DNA from: Harriotta raleighana
Lineage: Eukaryota
DNA length: 64,000 bases
Reading direction: 5' to 3'
Assembly (NCBI GenBank): GCA_050575255.1
Contig: JBNZDD010013687.1
Span: forward strand, 2,711,227-2,775,226
Shown here in pieces: positions 53,351-64,000 of the stretch. The translations under genes were made by a program, and so were the position numbers. The notes beneath the pieces are model-generated. The model made no database searches, was not told where the DNA came from, and saw only the letters and a program-made list of their open reading frames with translations. The number at the start of each line of letters is the position of its first letter. Position 1 is the stretch's first letter.

Positions 53351-54861
53351 TTATGTGTATTACGTATCTATATTGCCGACAAAATGGTTGTGTTGGGAGT
53401 TATTTGAACTACTTGTATACCTCAAATGAAGATGTATTCTTGAGTTCCCTTCTCTCTGATTCTATGATCCGTACCCCTCCCTCGGACATGTTACAACTTG
53501 TATACACCCACTGTTTGTGAGAGCCATTCTTTTATCTCTGGGTAATAGTCTGATGGGATGCTAAATGAGTTTAGGCGGTTAACTCGATTTCTAGCAATAA
53601 TTGGGACTCCATAGCATAAGATTGACTGTAATTAATTTTCAGCGAGGCTGAAGAGTGCCTGACAGAAATGTCATTTCTGAGCCAAATGTTTGCTTTTAAA
53701 CTAGGCTTGAGGAGAGGAAGCTTTACTTTACATCTAACCCATTCTACAGTTGATTAGTGGAACTTGAACGCTATATTTTCCTTCACCTTGTTATTCTGAC
53801 ATTTCTCATTTTGAGAAAAAATTGTTAAGAACTGAGAGAGGAGGATTTGTTTGGGGAATGAAGCCAGAGTTGCATCTGCCCATCTTGGTTCTTGACACAG
53901 TAAAATTGTCCTATAGCTCTATCCACCATCTCATGTGGAGAACTATAATGCTCCTTCTGGTCCCTTGTTATCAATGAATATCTGAAGAATTGCTATGTTA
54001 ATGGCTGGAGTGTGGAGGGTTAAGGAGAAAAGGGAAAGGATGGAGTGTATACATTTAGTTCCAACTTCATGAAATGTTAAATTTCAGTCTTGGGTTAAAA
54101 CAGAATCAGATGGTGTAGCATAATGGGAACAAAAAGAAACCATATGTTTATTTTCATTAATTTTGCTCGAGCACACCATGGGGTGCAGTACATTTTGGAT
54201 AGAATTCCTTCCGTTTCCTTTCCTGGCTGTCACACATGCACAGTTACATTGAAATCACACCCAGTGCTAATGCCAGCAGTAATATTTGAATGGAACACGT
54301 ACAAAACAAAGAAAAAGTGTGTGTAATAAAATTGCTGTTTGTTTAACAATAAACACTAAAATGAACTTGTCATGCCCTAAAACACCCACATTTGTTTTTT
54401 ATTTGGGGCTGTTTATTTCTTAATATAAATCCATCACGTGTTGTGTGGATACCCCATGCATACAGAGTTCTAGCTCCCAGGGCAACCTTAAATTCTTTTG
54501 TAATCTGAGTTAACAGAATAAACAAAAACAATGAATTTATATTTAGGGTGAAAATGTAAATCTAATTCACCTTTATAAACTCAGTCCAATTTACCCTTAA
54601 AGACAGATCACATAACTGAATATTATTGGGAAAAACAGATTTCACACTGCTTTGTACTGATTTCAGTTTGTCTAAACTACTCTCCCAATCTTCTATTCCA
54701 CATGATTATGACACCATAATCACCATACTGGAAAGTATGATTAACTGGAAGTTTAGGTGAAAGGAGCCATTCCTTTCAGCCATTGACTTGTACAAATATT
54801 TAACCAGCCGTTTTAACCAACTGACAGTTCTATTTATATATAACTTGCAATTCAAATCATA

Positions 54862-55218
54862 ATAATATTAATAAATAATAATCCTTACATTTGATATAGG
54901 ATTTTTCACGTCTTTGAGATGTTTCAAAGGGCTTCGCACAATATATATATTGTAAAGTGAATTGACTATATTTGTGGGTGAAATGCAGCAATTGTGCACA
55001 GCAGTGTCTCACAATCCATATTGTGTTTGTTTTGAAGGATTACCATCCCCGGAAAAGCAATCTACCAATCAGCTAACAACCGGGTTCTACTCACTGCTAA
55101 GTAAACAGAGGCATGTAGAGTAAGGAAACTTGCTGAACCTTTTGCCCTGCCCTGGAATAGAACCCAGATCTCTCTCTTGCGAGGTAAGTGCTCTAACCAC
55201 TGCGCTACAGGACTCCAC
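54862..55218 (-). mobile_element. SINE family A, long variant with an extra central segment
   Basis: Family A head and tail plus 66 bp (55043-55108) absent from other copies. Confidence 0.85.
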
Positions 55219-55276
55219 AATCCTTATCTTAAAAGGGAATTGATACTGTTTTAGGGAAGCAATTTTGAAGCAATAT

Positions 55277-55586
55277 GCCAGCCTGGCTCAGTGGTAGCAT
55301 TCTCGCCTCCGAGTCAGAATGATGCGAGTTCAAGCCAGACAGCAGGATTTAAACTTGTATTCTAAGATAAAACTCCAATGCAGCACTGTGACTGTGTTGC
55401 ATTGTTGAAGATGCTGTCCTTCTGGATGAAACATTAAACCAAGGTCCCATGTGCCTGATCAGGGGAATGCTAGTGGCGTGGTACTCTTCGAAAAGTGCTT
55501 CTCTTGGTGTCCTGGCCAACAATCCCCCCAAATATAATGGGTCATTATTCAATTCATTGCTGTTTGTAGGGCATTGCTGTGTGGTA
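55277..55586 (+). mobile_element. Deu-domain SINE (SacSINE1-like), 3'-truncated
   Basis: gcctggctcagtggtagcattctcgcctccgagtcagaa...gagttcaagcc head; ggatgaaacattaaaccaaggtccc, ggtgtcctggccaac and cattgctgtttgtagg motifs resemble the shark DeuSINE consensus as I recall it. Confidence 0.75.
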
Positions 55587-55933
55587 GGTAAATAATAACA
55601 ATAACAATTATTTTCATTTTGATATAGTGCCTTAACATGTCGTTGAAGGCTTGTGAGTGAAATATGGCAGCTAATTTGCATGCAACAATGTCCCACAAAC
55701 AGCCACGGTCTAAATGCAAGGATTATAATTATTGTTGTCATCATTGTTGATTTACTGAAACGGGGTTTTCCACTTTTGGTTAAAAAAAAGTTTTACTGCA
55801 AAGATTCTGCATTTAAATTTTTCTGCAGACTGTAGTTACCAAAGATATTTTGATGTTGAATAATATAACTTGAATAGAAGAATAATTTGGGATGCAATAG
55901 ATGACATTAGCCTCCTTATGTGACTTGGCGTTT

Positions 55934-56241
55934 GTGAGGCCTGTAGCTCAGTGGTTTGCGCACTCACCTTGCAAGCGAGAGACCTGGGTTCGATTCCAGA
56001 CAAAGCAAAACCTTGGACAAGTTTCCTTACTCCACATGCCTAATAATAATCCCTCACTAAAAAATAATAATTTGGTCATTCAATCCACGACTCTTTGTGG
56101 GACACTGCTATGTGCAATTGGTTGCCACATTTTGCCCACAAACATAGTCAATTCACTTTACAGTATATTCGGTGAAGTGCTTTGAGACATCTAGAAGATG
56201 TGAAAAGCACTATATCAAATGCAAGGATTATTATTGTTATT
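55934..56241 (+). mobile_element. tRNA-derived SINE (family A), full length; best reference copy in the window
   Basis: Pol III A box (tagctcagtgg) and B box (gggttcgattcc), TGC anticodon-like loop (cttgcaa), body, tail atcaaatgcaaggattattatt. Confidence 0.9.
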
Positions 56242-56887
56242 GGAATATTACAAATTGCTCTTTGAAATAGATCCTGAGTCTGTCATTGCCTCTCTGTCGT
56301 TCTGTAAACTGACAACTGTCATTGACTGCTGAATACAACTGAAAATAATGGTGCTGTAAATGGCTCTGACATTTCTAAAAAAGATAATCCTCCAACCCTA
56401 GGGATAAACTATTCAAAACTCCAAACTATGTCTCCATCATTGCTTTTCATCCCTTCAACCCTGGTTTGTAACTTGTGTACTTGGCATTTCCAGAAAGAGA
56501 GAGGAGGTTGCTACTTATCATTAATTCTCCTGGTAAGATGCCTCTCTCGAGTCAAAGTGATTGTTGGCATCTGAAGACTCTAATGAGTAGACCTTTTTTC
56601 ACTTCTCATTTGACTTTGCTATGTTGACATGTATCTACATTAACCTTTGGATAAAGTATTTGTGTCATTTTAAACTGAAAAGCAAATCCTAACAAGTAAA
56701 CATTGATCTTAATGTTTCGCCTTTTCACAGCTGCTAGAATGACCAAACAAGACTTCAATCGAAAAGAGATTAAGAACTGGTTGAACAGACATTGAATGAT
56801 AAATAGAGAATCATAAAGTTGACCCACGTGAGTTTGCTGAAGAGCGAACCTCTTGAATCCTAGATCAATCTAGATTTTTAATGCTCT

Positions 56888-56950
56888 CTAAGCGCTCTGA
56901 GACGCCACCCGGCATTGAGAGCGCAATATAATTGCAAGTTGTTGTTATTG
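56888..56950 (+). mobile_element. L2-type 3' tail only
   Basis: taagcgctctgagacgcc...gagagcgcaatataattgcaagttgttgttattg. Confidence 0.6.
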
Positions 56951-58129
56951 CTAATGACTGAAGGTCTGTATTGATAACAAGAATAACACTACATAGAATA
57001 AATTGTGAGCTTTGTGGCATTCTTCCAGAAATTGGAGGAATTTAAATCAATTTCTATCTGCTACAGCCAAATCCGATCTATTGCTTGAATAATATAAAAA
57101 TTGACTGCTACAATGACTCCACCATGGAAATGCAGTTGTAATTTAAAACATCACAAAAATGCAGCAAAATTATTTAACCAAAGTTATTGTTTCAGTGTGA
57201 ATTTTGAATAAATGATATTGAGAGGTTATTATTCAATGTTCACTGGAACACGGAGTAAGAAATTGTATGATTCCAGGTTATGTCAGTAGTTGATTCCATT
57301 TTATTCCCAGTGTGTGAAACTCCTTACAAGCGCCTACATTGACGCAGAACATTCTAAGAGGATATATAAAAACAAAGGCAGCATTTACTTCCTTTAACCT
57401 GCTTTGTACCTGCTTTTCATCAGAATCTGTTTGGGTGGTAAGATTGCAGCAGTTACTGTGTTCCTTCAAGTGCCAGTTGCTTCAACTCTGTGGTATTAGG
57501 TTTCAAATTTACCAAATGCAATCTTAAAATAATTGAGTTGTCCATTGAACAATTACTGTTAACAATTGCTTTGAATGCCATTGTTCATTTGCCAAACCTT
57601 GCTTTACATATCTACTGGGTGCCCGCACACAGGTATAAATTATTTTCTTGGGACAACTGATTTTATTGTGCTGTATGGTGTACAATAATATCATCTAATA
57701 CAATGTTAGGAATATCACTGGGGATTGCGACCTTTCTTTATGTGATGTCCCAAGGCCTCAGTTGTCTCAATCCATACTAACTGTTTGAACCTTTTGGTGT
57801 TTCCATTGCTGCCAGGACAATAATCTTTGGTGCATTTCCTTCCTCTGCACAGAATTTGTCAGGCAAAGCCATGACTCAATCATAATGAAGAGAATCTAGT
57901 CAAGAACAAGGAAAATTACAGCCTATTTTTTAGTTTTTTAAAAGCTCTCTGAAGCTGACTTTCAAATGGGTATAATTATTTCTCCTCAATCTCCAGACTG
58001 TGTCCCATGCCAAAAGAATTTCGCCAAAGTAAGCAGTCAATATTCTAGGAGATCACAAAATTAGGATTCTCGTATCTTTGGAATTTTGGAAGGGGGTTGA
58101 CAGCATATCAAACCTTCAGAAACTGGCAC

Positions 58130-59017
58130 ACATGCTTAGATAACACTTTAATTTATTAAAACTTTTTAGACAGAGGCCACGTGGTATCAAGCAACTTTGA
58201 GTTAAAATAGTACAAGAATCTCTCGTAAAGAAGGTAGCAGACGTCATTCTGACCTACCCTGTAAGGAATACCATAAATAAGGCATTGAGGCTTACAAGAG
58301 CAGCTCAATTTGTACATAAAACAATATAATTGTTCCAGCTCTGTACAAGTCCTTGTGTGCTATCTCTCTCCTCCCACTTCTCTTCACCCACATTTGCGAT
58401 TTGGTGTTTTTAAAGTACCACCTTCCCAATGCGGTTATCACAAAAGTTACATCTACATTTAAAAAATCATTTGTTCTAAACAAGCTGAAATTGTTCACAG
58501 AACAGCAGCTATGTCATACTCTTCCAAGAGTTGGCATACAGCTAAATACTGAAAGAGTTCAAACCACATTATAAAGCAAAAATGTACAAATGGGTATCTC
58601 TCCAACCACAAATGAGTTGTAGAGTACATCAAAATGCCTGCCAGGAAAGGCACACTGGATACCACCATGGAATGTGAAAAATACAATATTCACCAGCAAT
58701 TGTAAATTCAGTGCCTCCTATGAGCACAGTTTATACAAGACCGTGTCACATGCACGCAAAAATATATGCACTGAAATGCAATAAATGAAGTCGATGAATT
58801 GAGTTGCAAGAATACACAGACATTTTATCTAGGGGTGGCAATGTAATGGGAGGTTGAAACTGCGGAATTAATGGCTGTTGCTGTGCAAGGTTTTTTTTAT
58901 TAGTTGAAACCATGCTCCTGTCTTAAGTTGTGGGTATGGCACAAGTTGTAACTTGTGACTATGGTTTAAGACGACAGTTCTCAAAATTCCCTGGAATACT
59001 GAATACTTTGCCGTCTT
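58130..59017 (-). other. PRKD1: Probable PRKD1 3' UTR
   Basis: Repeat-free sequence between the stop codon and an AATAAA/ATTAAA signal; end position approximate. Confidence 0.6.
58147..58157 (-). terminator. Probable distal polyadenylation signal (overlapping AATAAA and ATTAAA)
   Basis: Plus strand TTTAATTTATT = minus AATAAATTAAA, followed on the minus strand by GU-rich sequence (gtgttatctaagcatgtgtgcc). Confidence 0.6.
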
Positions 59018-59236
59018 TCACAGAATGCTGACCCGCTCACTCAGAGCTTTCATTTCTGCCTCCTCCACCTCTGCATGCTCACTGAAGTCAACATTTCCAT
59101 CCTTCAGATGAGCTGGATACTCCAAGCCATGCTGTCCAGCAAATTGTTCCCAGCGGGACTCATCACTCTCGTGAGTGATGTAGCGTTCTCCGAATTTACA
59201 CTCAAGCTCCCGTAAATCCAGCCATGCTTGGTAGTC
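59018..59236 (-). CDS. PRKD1: Protein kinase D1 terminal coding exon
   Basis: [29 protein letters not shown]...[15 protein letters not shown]; polypyrimidine tract and AAG acceptor at 59239-59237. The C-terminal ERVSIL (autophosphorylation/PDZ-binding motif) and RNKGYNRS match PRKD1 rather than PRKD2 or PRKD3 as I recall them. Confidence 0.95.
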   Translation of the reverse strand, partial: DYQAWLDLRELECKFGERYITHESDESRWEQFAGQHGLEYPAHLKDGNVDFSEHAEVEEAEMKALSERVSIL

Positions 59237-59811
59237 CTTGGGGGGAAGAAAGTAAATTAAGCCATTAAGCAACATTTGACTATGTTGCTAACATGTCAAA
59301 CCTTTAAGTACATAGTAACCAATTTCTTTTATTCAATGTAATGTTAAGACTTAATACAAAAGATAGAGCTAAATACAATAGAACCTTATAAAACCGGTTT
59401 GCGTATAAAATAAATGGATTATCGTAAGATTGGTTTGGATGAAGGCCTTCAGCTCCTCTGATCTCATCCCTACCAAATCAAATTGCCTGCTATTGAATCC
59501 AATGTCCTGGCCTCCACCAACCTTTCGGACTGTTCCAGTTGATAATTAAAATTACTTAAATAAAAACAATGAATATTGGCTCGAAGCAATGTTCAGCAAA
59601 ACTCCTGACAGTGTGACGTTGCATTATCAAATCATTTAGTCTGGTAGAAATGTACATGCCAATTACATTCTTGTAGAATAACATTTAGCTTTTATTAGGG
59701 TAGTGATGAGGTTGTGATAAGGAAGCTAAGAACTATTCTTGAATTTACTCATTTGCGCAACCTCAGGAGTGGTCTTAAATCTTTGATGGCTAAATTACAC
59801 CACATATAATA

Positions 59812-60060
59812 TAAAAATAATCCTTACATTTGGTATAGCATTTTTCACCTCAGGAGTACATCCCAAAGCGGTTCATAGGATACACTGTAAAGTAGTGATA
59901 GTATTTGTGTCTGATTTGGGCACCGCAATGATCCACAAATAGCCATGAAGTGAGTGTTTTATTTAGAGGATTATTGGCCCGAACACCAGGACAGACTTTT
60001 CAAATAGTGCCATGGGATCTTTAATGACCATCTGAATAGTTTAGCATCTCATCCTCAGAA
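59812..60060 (-). mobile_element. Degenerate Deu-domain SINE in the last PRKD1 intron
   Basis: aataatccttacatttggtatagc tail; aaatagtgccatgggatcttt and ttggcccgaacaccagg are reverse complements of Deu-type motifs. Confidence 0.65.
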
Positions 60061-60704
60061 CACCAGACACAGAGGCAAGATTGCATAACAGTTTTTTTAA
60101 AAAGTGTTCTGCTTCGAATATTGTCCCATAATTCAGGATAGTTTAGATATCCAGAGCTTGAATTTCGCCTTGGAAAGTCAAATCAAGGATATTTTAAATT
60201 GAAAGTAAACGGGCAGTACTACTATTATTGTACACAACTGTTATTGATGACTAAATCACAACATGATAAAATGCATTTAATCATTCAAATAAATACTGTG
60301 AACTGAAACTTCTTCCAGTTTCTTTTAAATTGCTAGATCAATCACACTGTTAGCAATGGTTGGGGATATCATTTTGCAAATCTTGGTTCAACAATAAACA
60401 AATGCAATGCTTCACAGAATATACTGTAAAGTAGATTGACTGTATTTTGTGGTACATGTGAAACATGGCTTCAAGGCTGCAAAAGGCCATTTGCAACTGG
60501 AAGGTTACTTTTATGACAAGTTGTTTTATTCCAAATGACTTTTTGAATACAAGGCCACAGTCACCTGACATGGCACCAAACATTCCTGTCAGATTTTGAA
60601 ACAGTTCTTGAGTTGATGTTTCAAGCTGCTGAAAGGAATTGTTCAAGAAATCAAAATATAAGAAACTCTGAATGAGTATCCTATCCACAAATAGTTTGAA
60701 ATCA

Positions 60705-60839
<135 letters not shown>

Positions 60840-61479
60840 TTAAAAAAGAAATCCACAAGTATCACTTCAAGCCAGATGTGTGAATTAAAAACAAGAAAAT
60901 GCAAAGCAAATAGTTTATCTCAAGGGTCAAGGATTGGCTCTGTGAATTTGACCTCAGGGCGTGGAATTCCAAAAGCTATCAATCAGCATCATTCAGCTGA
61001 ATGAATACACAGGGGGAGAAAAAAAAGCATACCCAACTGACAGGAGCTGTGAAGACAGTTTACAAATGCTTTGGCAGACGCAAGGAATTCTGTTTATCAC
61101 TGTGACTGCTACTTGGTATATTCGAGTCAAATTGAGTTATTGTGAAGCAAAATTACAATGACAATTGAAGACTGTACCATTCTCCCATAATTCAAGAGAG
61201 TTTAAACTCCAAGGGCTTGAATTTCATGTCTTATTTAGAGAGTGAACACTGGGATATATAGTGATGTACATTTAAAAAAATAAGCAGTACTGCTAAATAT
61301 TTTCTTCAATCTCATGGTCTACCATTTAACAAATCCATAAGGCAAGCAAAAATCCCAGGAACTGCTGTGATTTCAAATCTGCCATCCAAGGGCTTTGCTG
61401 CTTCTTGGAACTTAAGAACCAGTGATTAACCATTGATTTTATAATCATTCCTTTTTATGTTGATGTTATCTCTCTCTTC

Positions 61480-61838
61480 TCCCACTCTTCCCATCATTGT
61501 GTCGATTTGACTTCCATTTGCTGCGCAATTATGATAATGGGAACAAAAAACTCTGCATTTGATACAACACCTTATCAACATCAAAACTTCTTTAGTGATT
61601 TTGTCTCGTGAAAAGTGTAGCGGCTCAGAGAGAATCCTGTTGACCAGGAGGACAGCTCCAAGGCAAGTTGGGAGTTCCTGGCTTGGACCTGTAAGATCCT
61701 CACTGTTCTTCATCTCCTTCCTCAGAGCAGCTTTTGAGGAAGTATCATCAGACAATAACTAAGGCAAGCCCAGCATGGGGCTTGAGCTCGCAACCTTCTG
61801 GCTCAGAGAAGATGCTACCAACTCAGTCAGGCTGACAT
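61480..61838 (-). mobile_element. Degenerate SINE with SacSINE1-like tRNA head, intronic
   Basis: Reverse complement of 61780-61838 reads gtcagcctgactgagttggtagcatcttctctgagccagaaggttgcgagctcaagc, like the head at 55277; body boundary uncertain. Confidence 0.5.
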
Positions 61839-62089
61839 TTGTATTATCATTCATTGGAAGTTTGCAAGACTCATTTGTATTTTAACAAACTAAATTTAAA
61901 AGTGAACTCTACAGCGTTAATTTAAAAAGTACAATGCAAGTTTGTGGTGTGAGAACCTTCAGCGGACTGTTTCCCAAATGCACCACATGCTGTTCACTGA
62001 AGACAATCATGCCAAACAAATGTGCCTGCTTTAACTGATTCATTTCTTCAAAAGTTTTACGTCTTTTTCATACCAGTTATCTTCATGGG

Positions 62090-62228
62090 AAAACAAAAAC
62101 AGAAGTTACTGGGAACGCTCAGCAAGTCAGGCAGCATCTATGGAGAAAGGAAAGTGAGTCTCACTTGCCTTTCTCCCTAGATGCTGCCTGATCTGCTGAG
62201 TGTTCCCAGCTACTTCTGTTTTTGTTTC
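62090..62228. repeat. ~140 bp palindrome in a PRKD1 intron
   Basis: Arms of ~68 bp with 7 mismatches centred on aagtgagTctcactt (centre 62159). Confidence 0.9.
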
Positions 62229-62229
62229 A

Positions 62230-62526
<297 letters not shown>

Positions 62527-62566
62527 CTATGGTTGAAAAACAGTTAAAATGACTGTTAAAGGAGTG

Positions 62567-63343
62567 CAAACTTCCTGCAGTTGAATGTGGACAAAATGGA
62601 AGCCATATTCCTGTCAACGTCTTCATTCCTATGGATCTAAACTCCTTTACCTCCCTGAGCTCTCTCTCCCTCAAACTCACCAAACCAGGGCGTAACCTAA
62701 GTATCCGGTTGACCGGGCATCCGATTTACCCCACACCTGATCCCTGACCAGGTCCGTCTTCCATATTGCCCACCTCCGACTATACCTTACCGTAAATGCA
62801 GCCGAAACCCTCATACATATCACCTCCCGCCTGGATTACTCCAACACACACCTCACCGGTCTCCCCAGTTTCACTATACAAAAAATCCAGCTCATTCAAA
62901 ACTTTGCTGTCCGCATTCTGACTCGGACCAAACTCCGTATCCACAACTCACCAGTTCTGGACAGGATCCAATGCCTCACAGATCAACCTCAAGATCCTTA
63001 CATTCGTGTTCAAATCCATTCACTCCCTGGTACCTCCCTAACTCCAATTCACCAACCAGCACCCCAAGTCGACTGGCACCAGCCTCTCTCTCATACCCTC
63101 CACTCCTCCATTGAAGGTTGTGCTTTCTGCCCCTATGCCACGAAACTGTAGAACATCCCTCAATCCCTCTGCCTTGTCCCCTCTCCCCCCTATTTTGAAG
63201 TCCTCGCTGAAAATCTTCTTTTTCACCTGTGCTTATGTCATCTCCCTACCACACACTGCCATGGTTCTAAGTCGGGTTCTGCCATTGTTAAGTGCTCTGA
63301 GATGCTGTCCTATGTGGAGGGCACAATAAATGCAACTTGTTAT
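62567..63343 (+). mobile_element. L2-clade LINE 3' end, antisense within a PRKD1 intron
   Basis: Translates NAAETLIHITSRLDYSNTHLTGLPSFTIQKIQLIQNFAVRILTRTKLRIHNSPVL, typical of the L2 ORF2 C-terminus; ends aagtgctctgagatg...aataaatgcaacttgtt. Confidence 0.88.
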
Positions 63344-63350
63344 ATAATTA

Positions 63351-63560
<210 letters not shown>

Positions 63561-63921
63561 TCATGCAGCTAACTAAGCCTATTTGCTGTAAATTCAATAT
63601 TCACTTTTGGAACCGACTGATTTTAAACATTTAATGATTATCATTTTGCTCTCCCATCTGCTTAAACTCCTTTTTCTTTCAATTGAGTCTTTACCCTGTG
63701 GTTTTTTGACAACTTGGTTCAGTTACTTTTTATACAAAGCAATGCTTTGCTTTAACAAACATATTTTCCTGGCTACATGTGATGGGCAAAGTTAATTGAT
63801 CTCAGCATTATGGGCGAACGAGATCTGCAATATAGAAATGACTGAAGCACTTAAGTAGTCTTCAGCCAATCCAGAGAAGTCAAGATTGCAAATTAGCCCT
63901 ACACACAATAAATCCCAAATG

Positions 63922-63990
63922 TAATAATCATCCTTGCATTTGATATAGTAGTGCCTTATCAAATTGTCGACATCTCAAAGGGCTTCAAAG
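63922..63990 (-). mobile_element. SINE 3' tail fragment
   Basis: atcatccttgcatttgatatagt ... catctcaaagggcttca. Confidence 0.7.
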
Positions 63991-64000
63991 AAGATTTAAC

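Noticed and set aside
55938-56005. tRNA-Ala-like gene
   Set aside because: Has A and B boxes but no proper acceptor stem, and runs into a SINE body repeated many times in the window
59237-59275. ORF-track N-terminal extension [13 protein letters not shown] of the last PRKD1 exon
   Set aside because: This is intron sequence (branch region and polypyrimidine tract) read in frame

Overview
AT-rich vertebrate genomic DNA. The repeat repertoire (tRNA/Deu-type SINEs, L2 and CR1 LINE remnants, a palindromic shark-type repeat) suggests a cartilaginous fish, plausibly a chimaera; this is inference. The only protein-coding sequence I can support is the last four coding exons of protein kinase D1 (PRKD1) on the minus strand (63530-63432, 62526-62259, 60799-60714, 59236-59018). 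These have GT-AG junctions, compatible phases, the SFRRS activation loop and the C-terminal ERVSIL, followed by a ~0.9 kb 3' UTR. The remaining ~58 kb is non-coding. It holds many SINE copies and fragments, several LINE fragments, two TA-flanked Tc1/mariner-superfamily non-autonomous elements, a 1.56 kb tandem duplication that is probably an assembly artefact, and one gap. In human, the 3' flank of PRKD1 is the FOXG1 regulatory gene desert, so the repeat-free, motif-dense islands here are candidate ancient enhancers. I found no convincing novel multi-gene system. The best leads are regulatory or RNA-structural.
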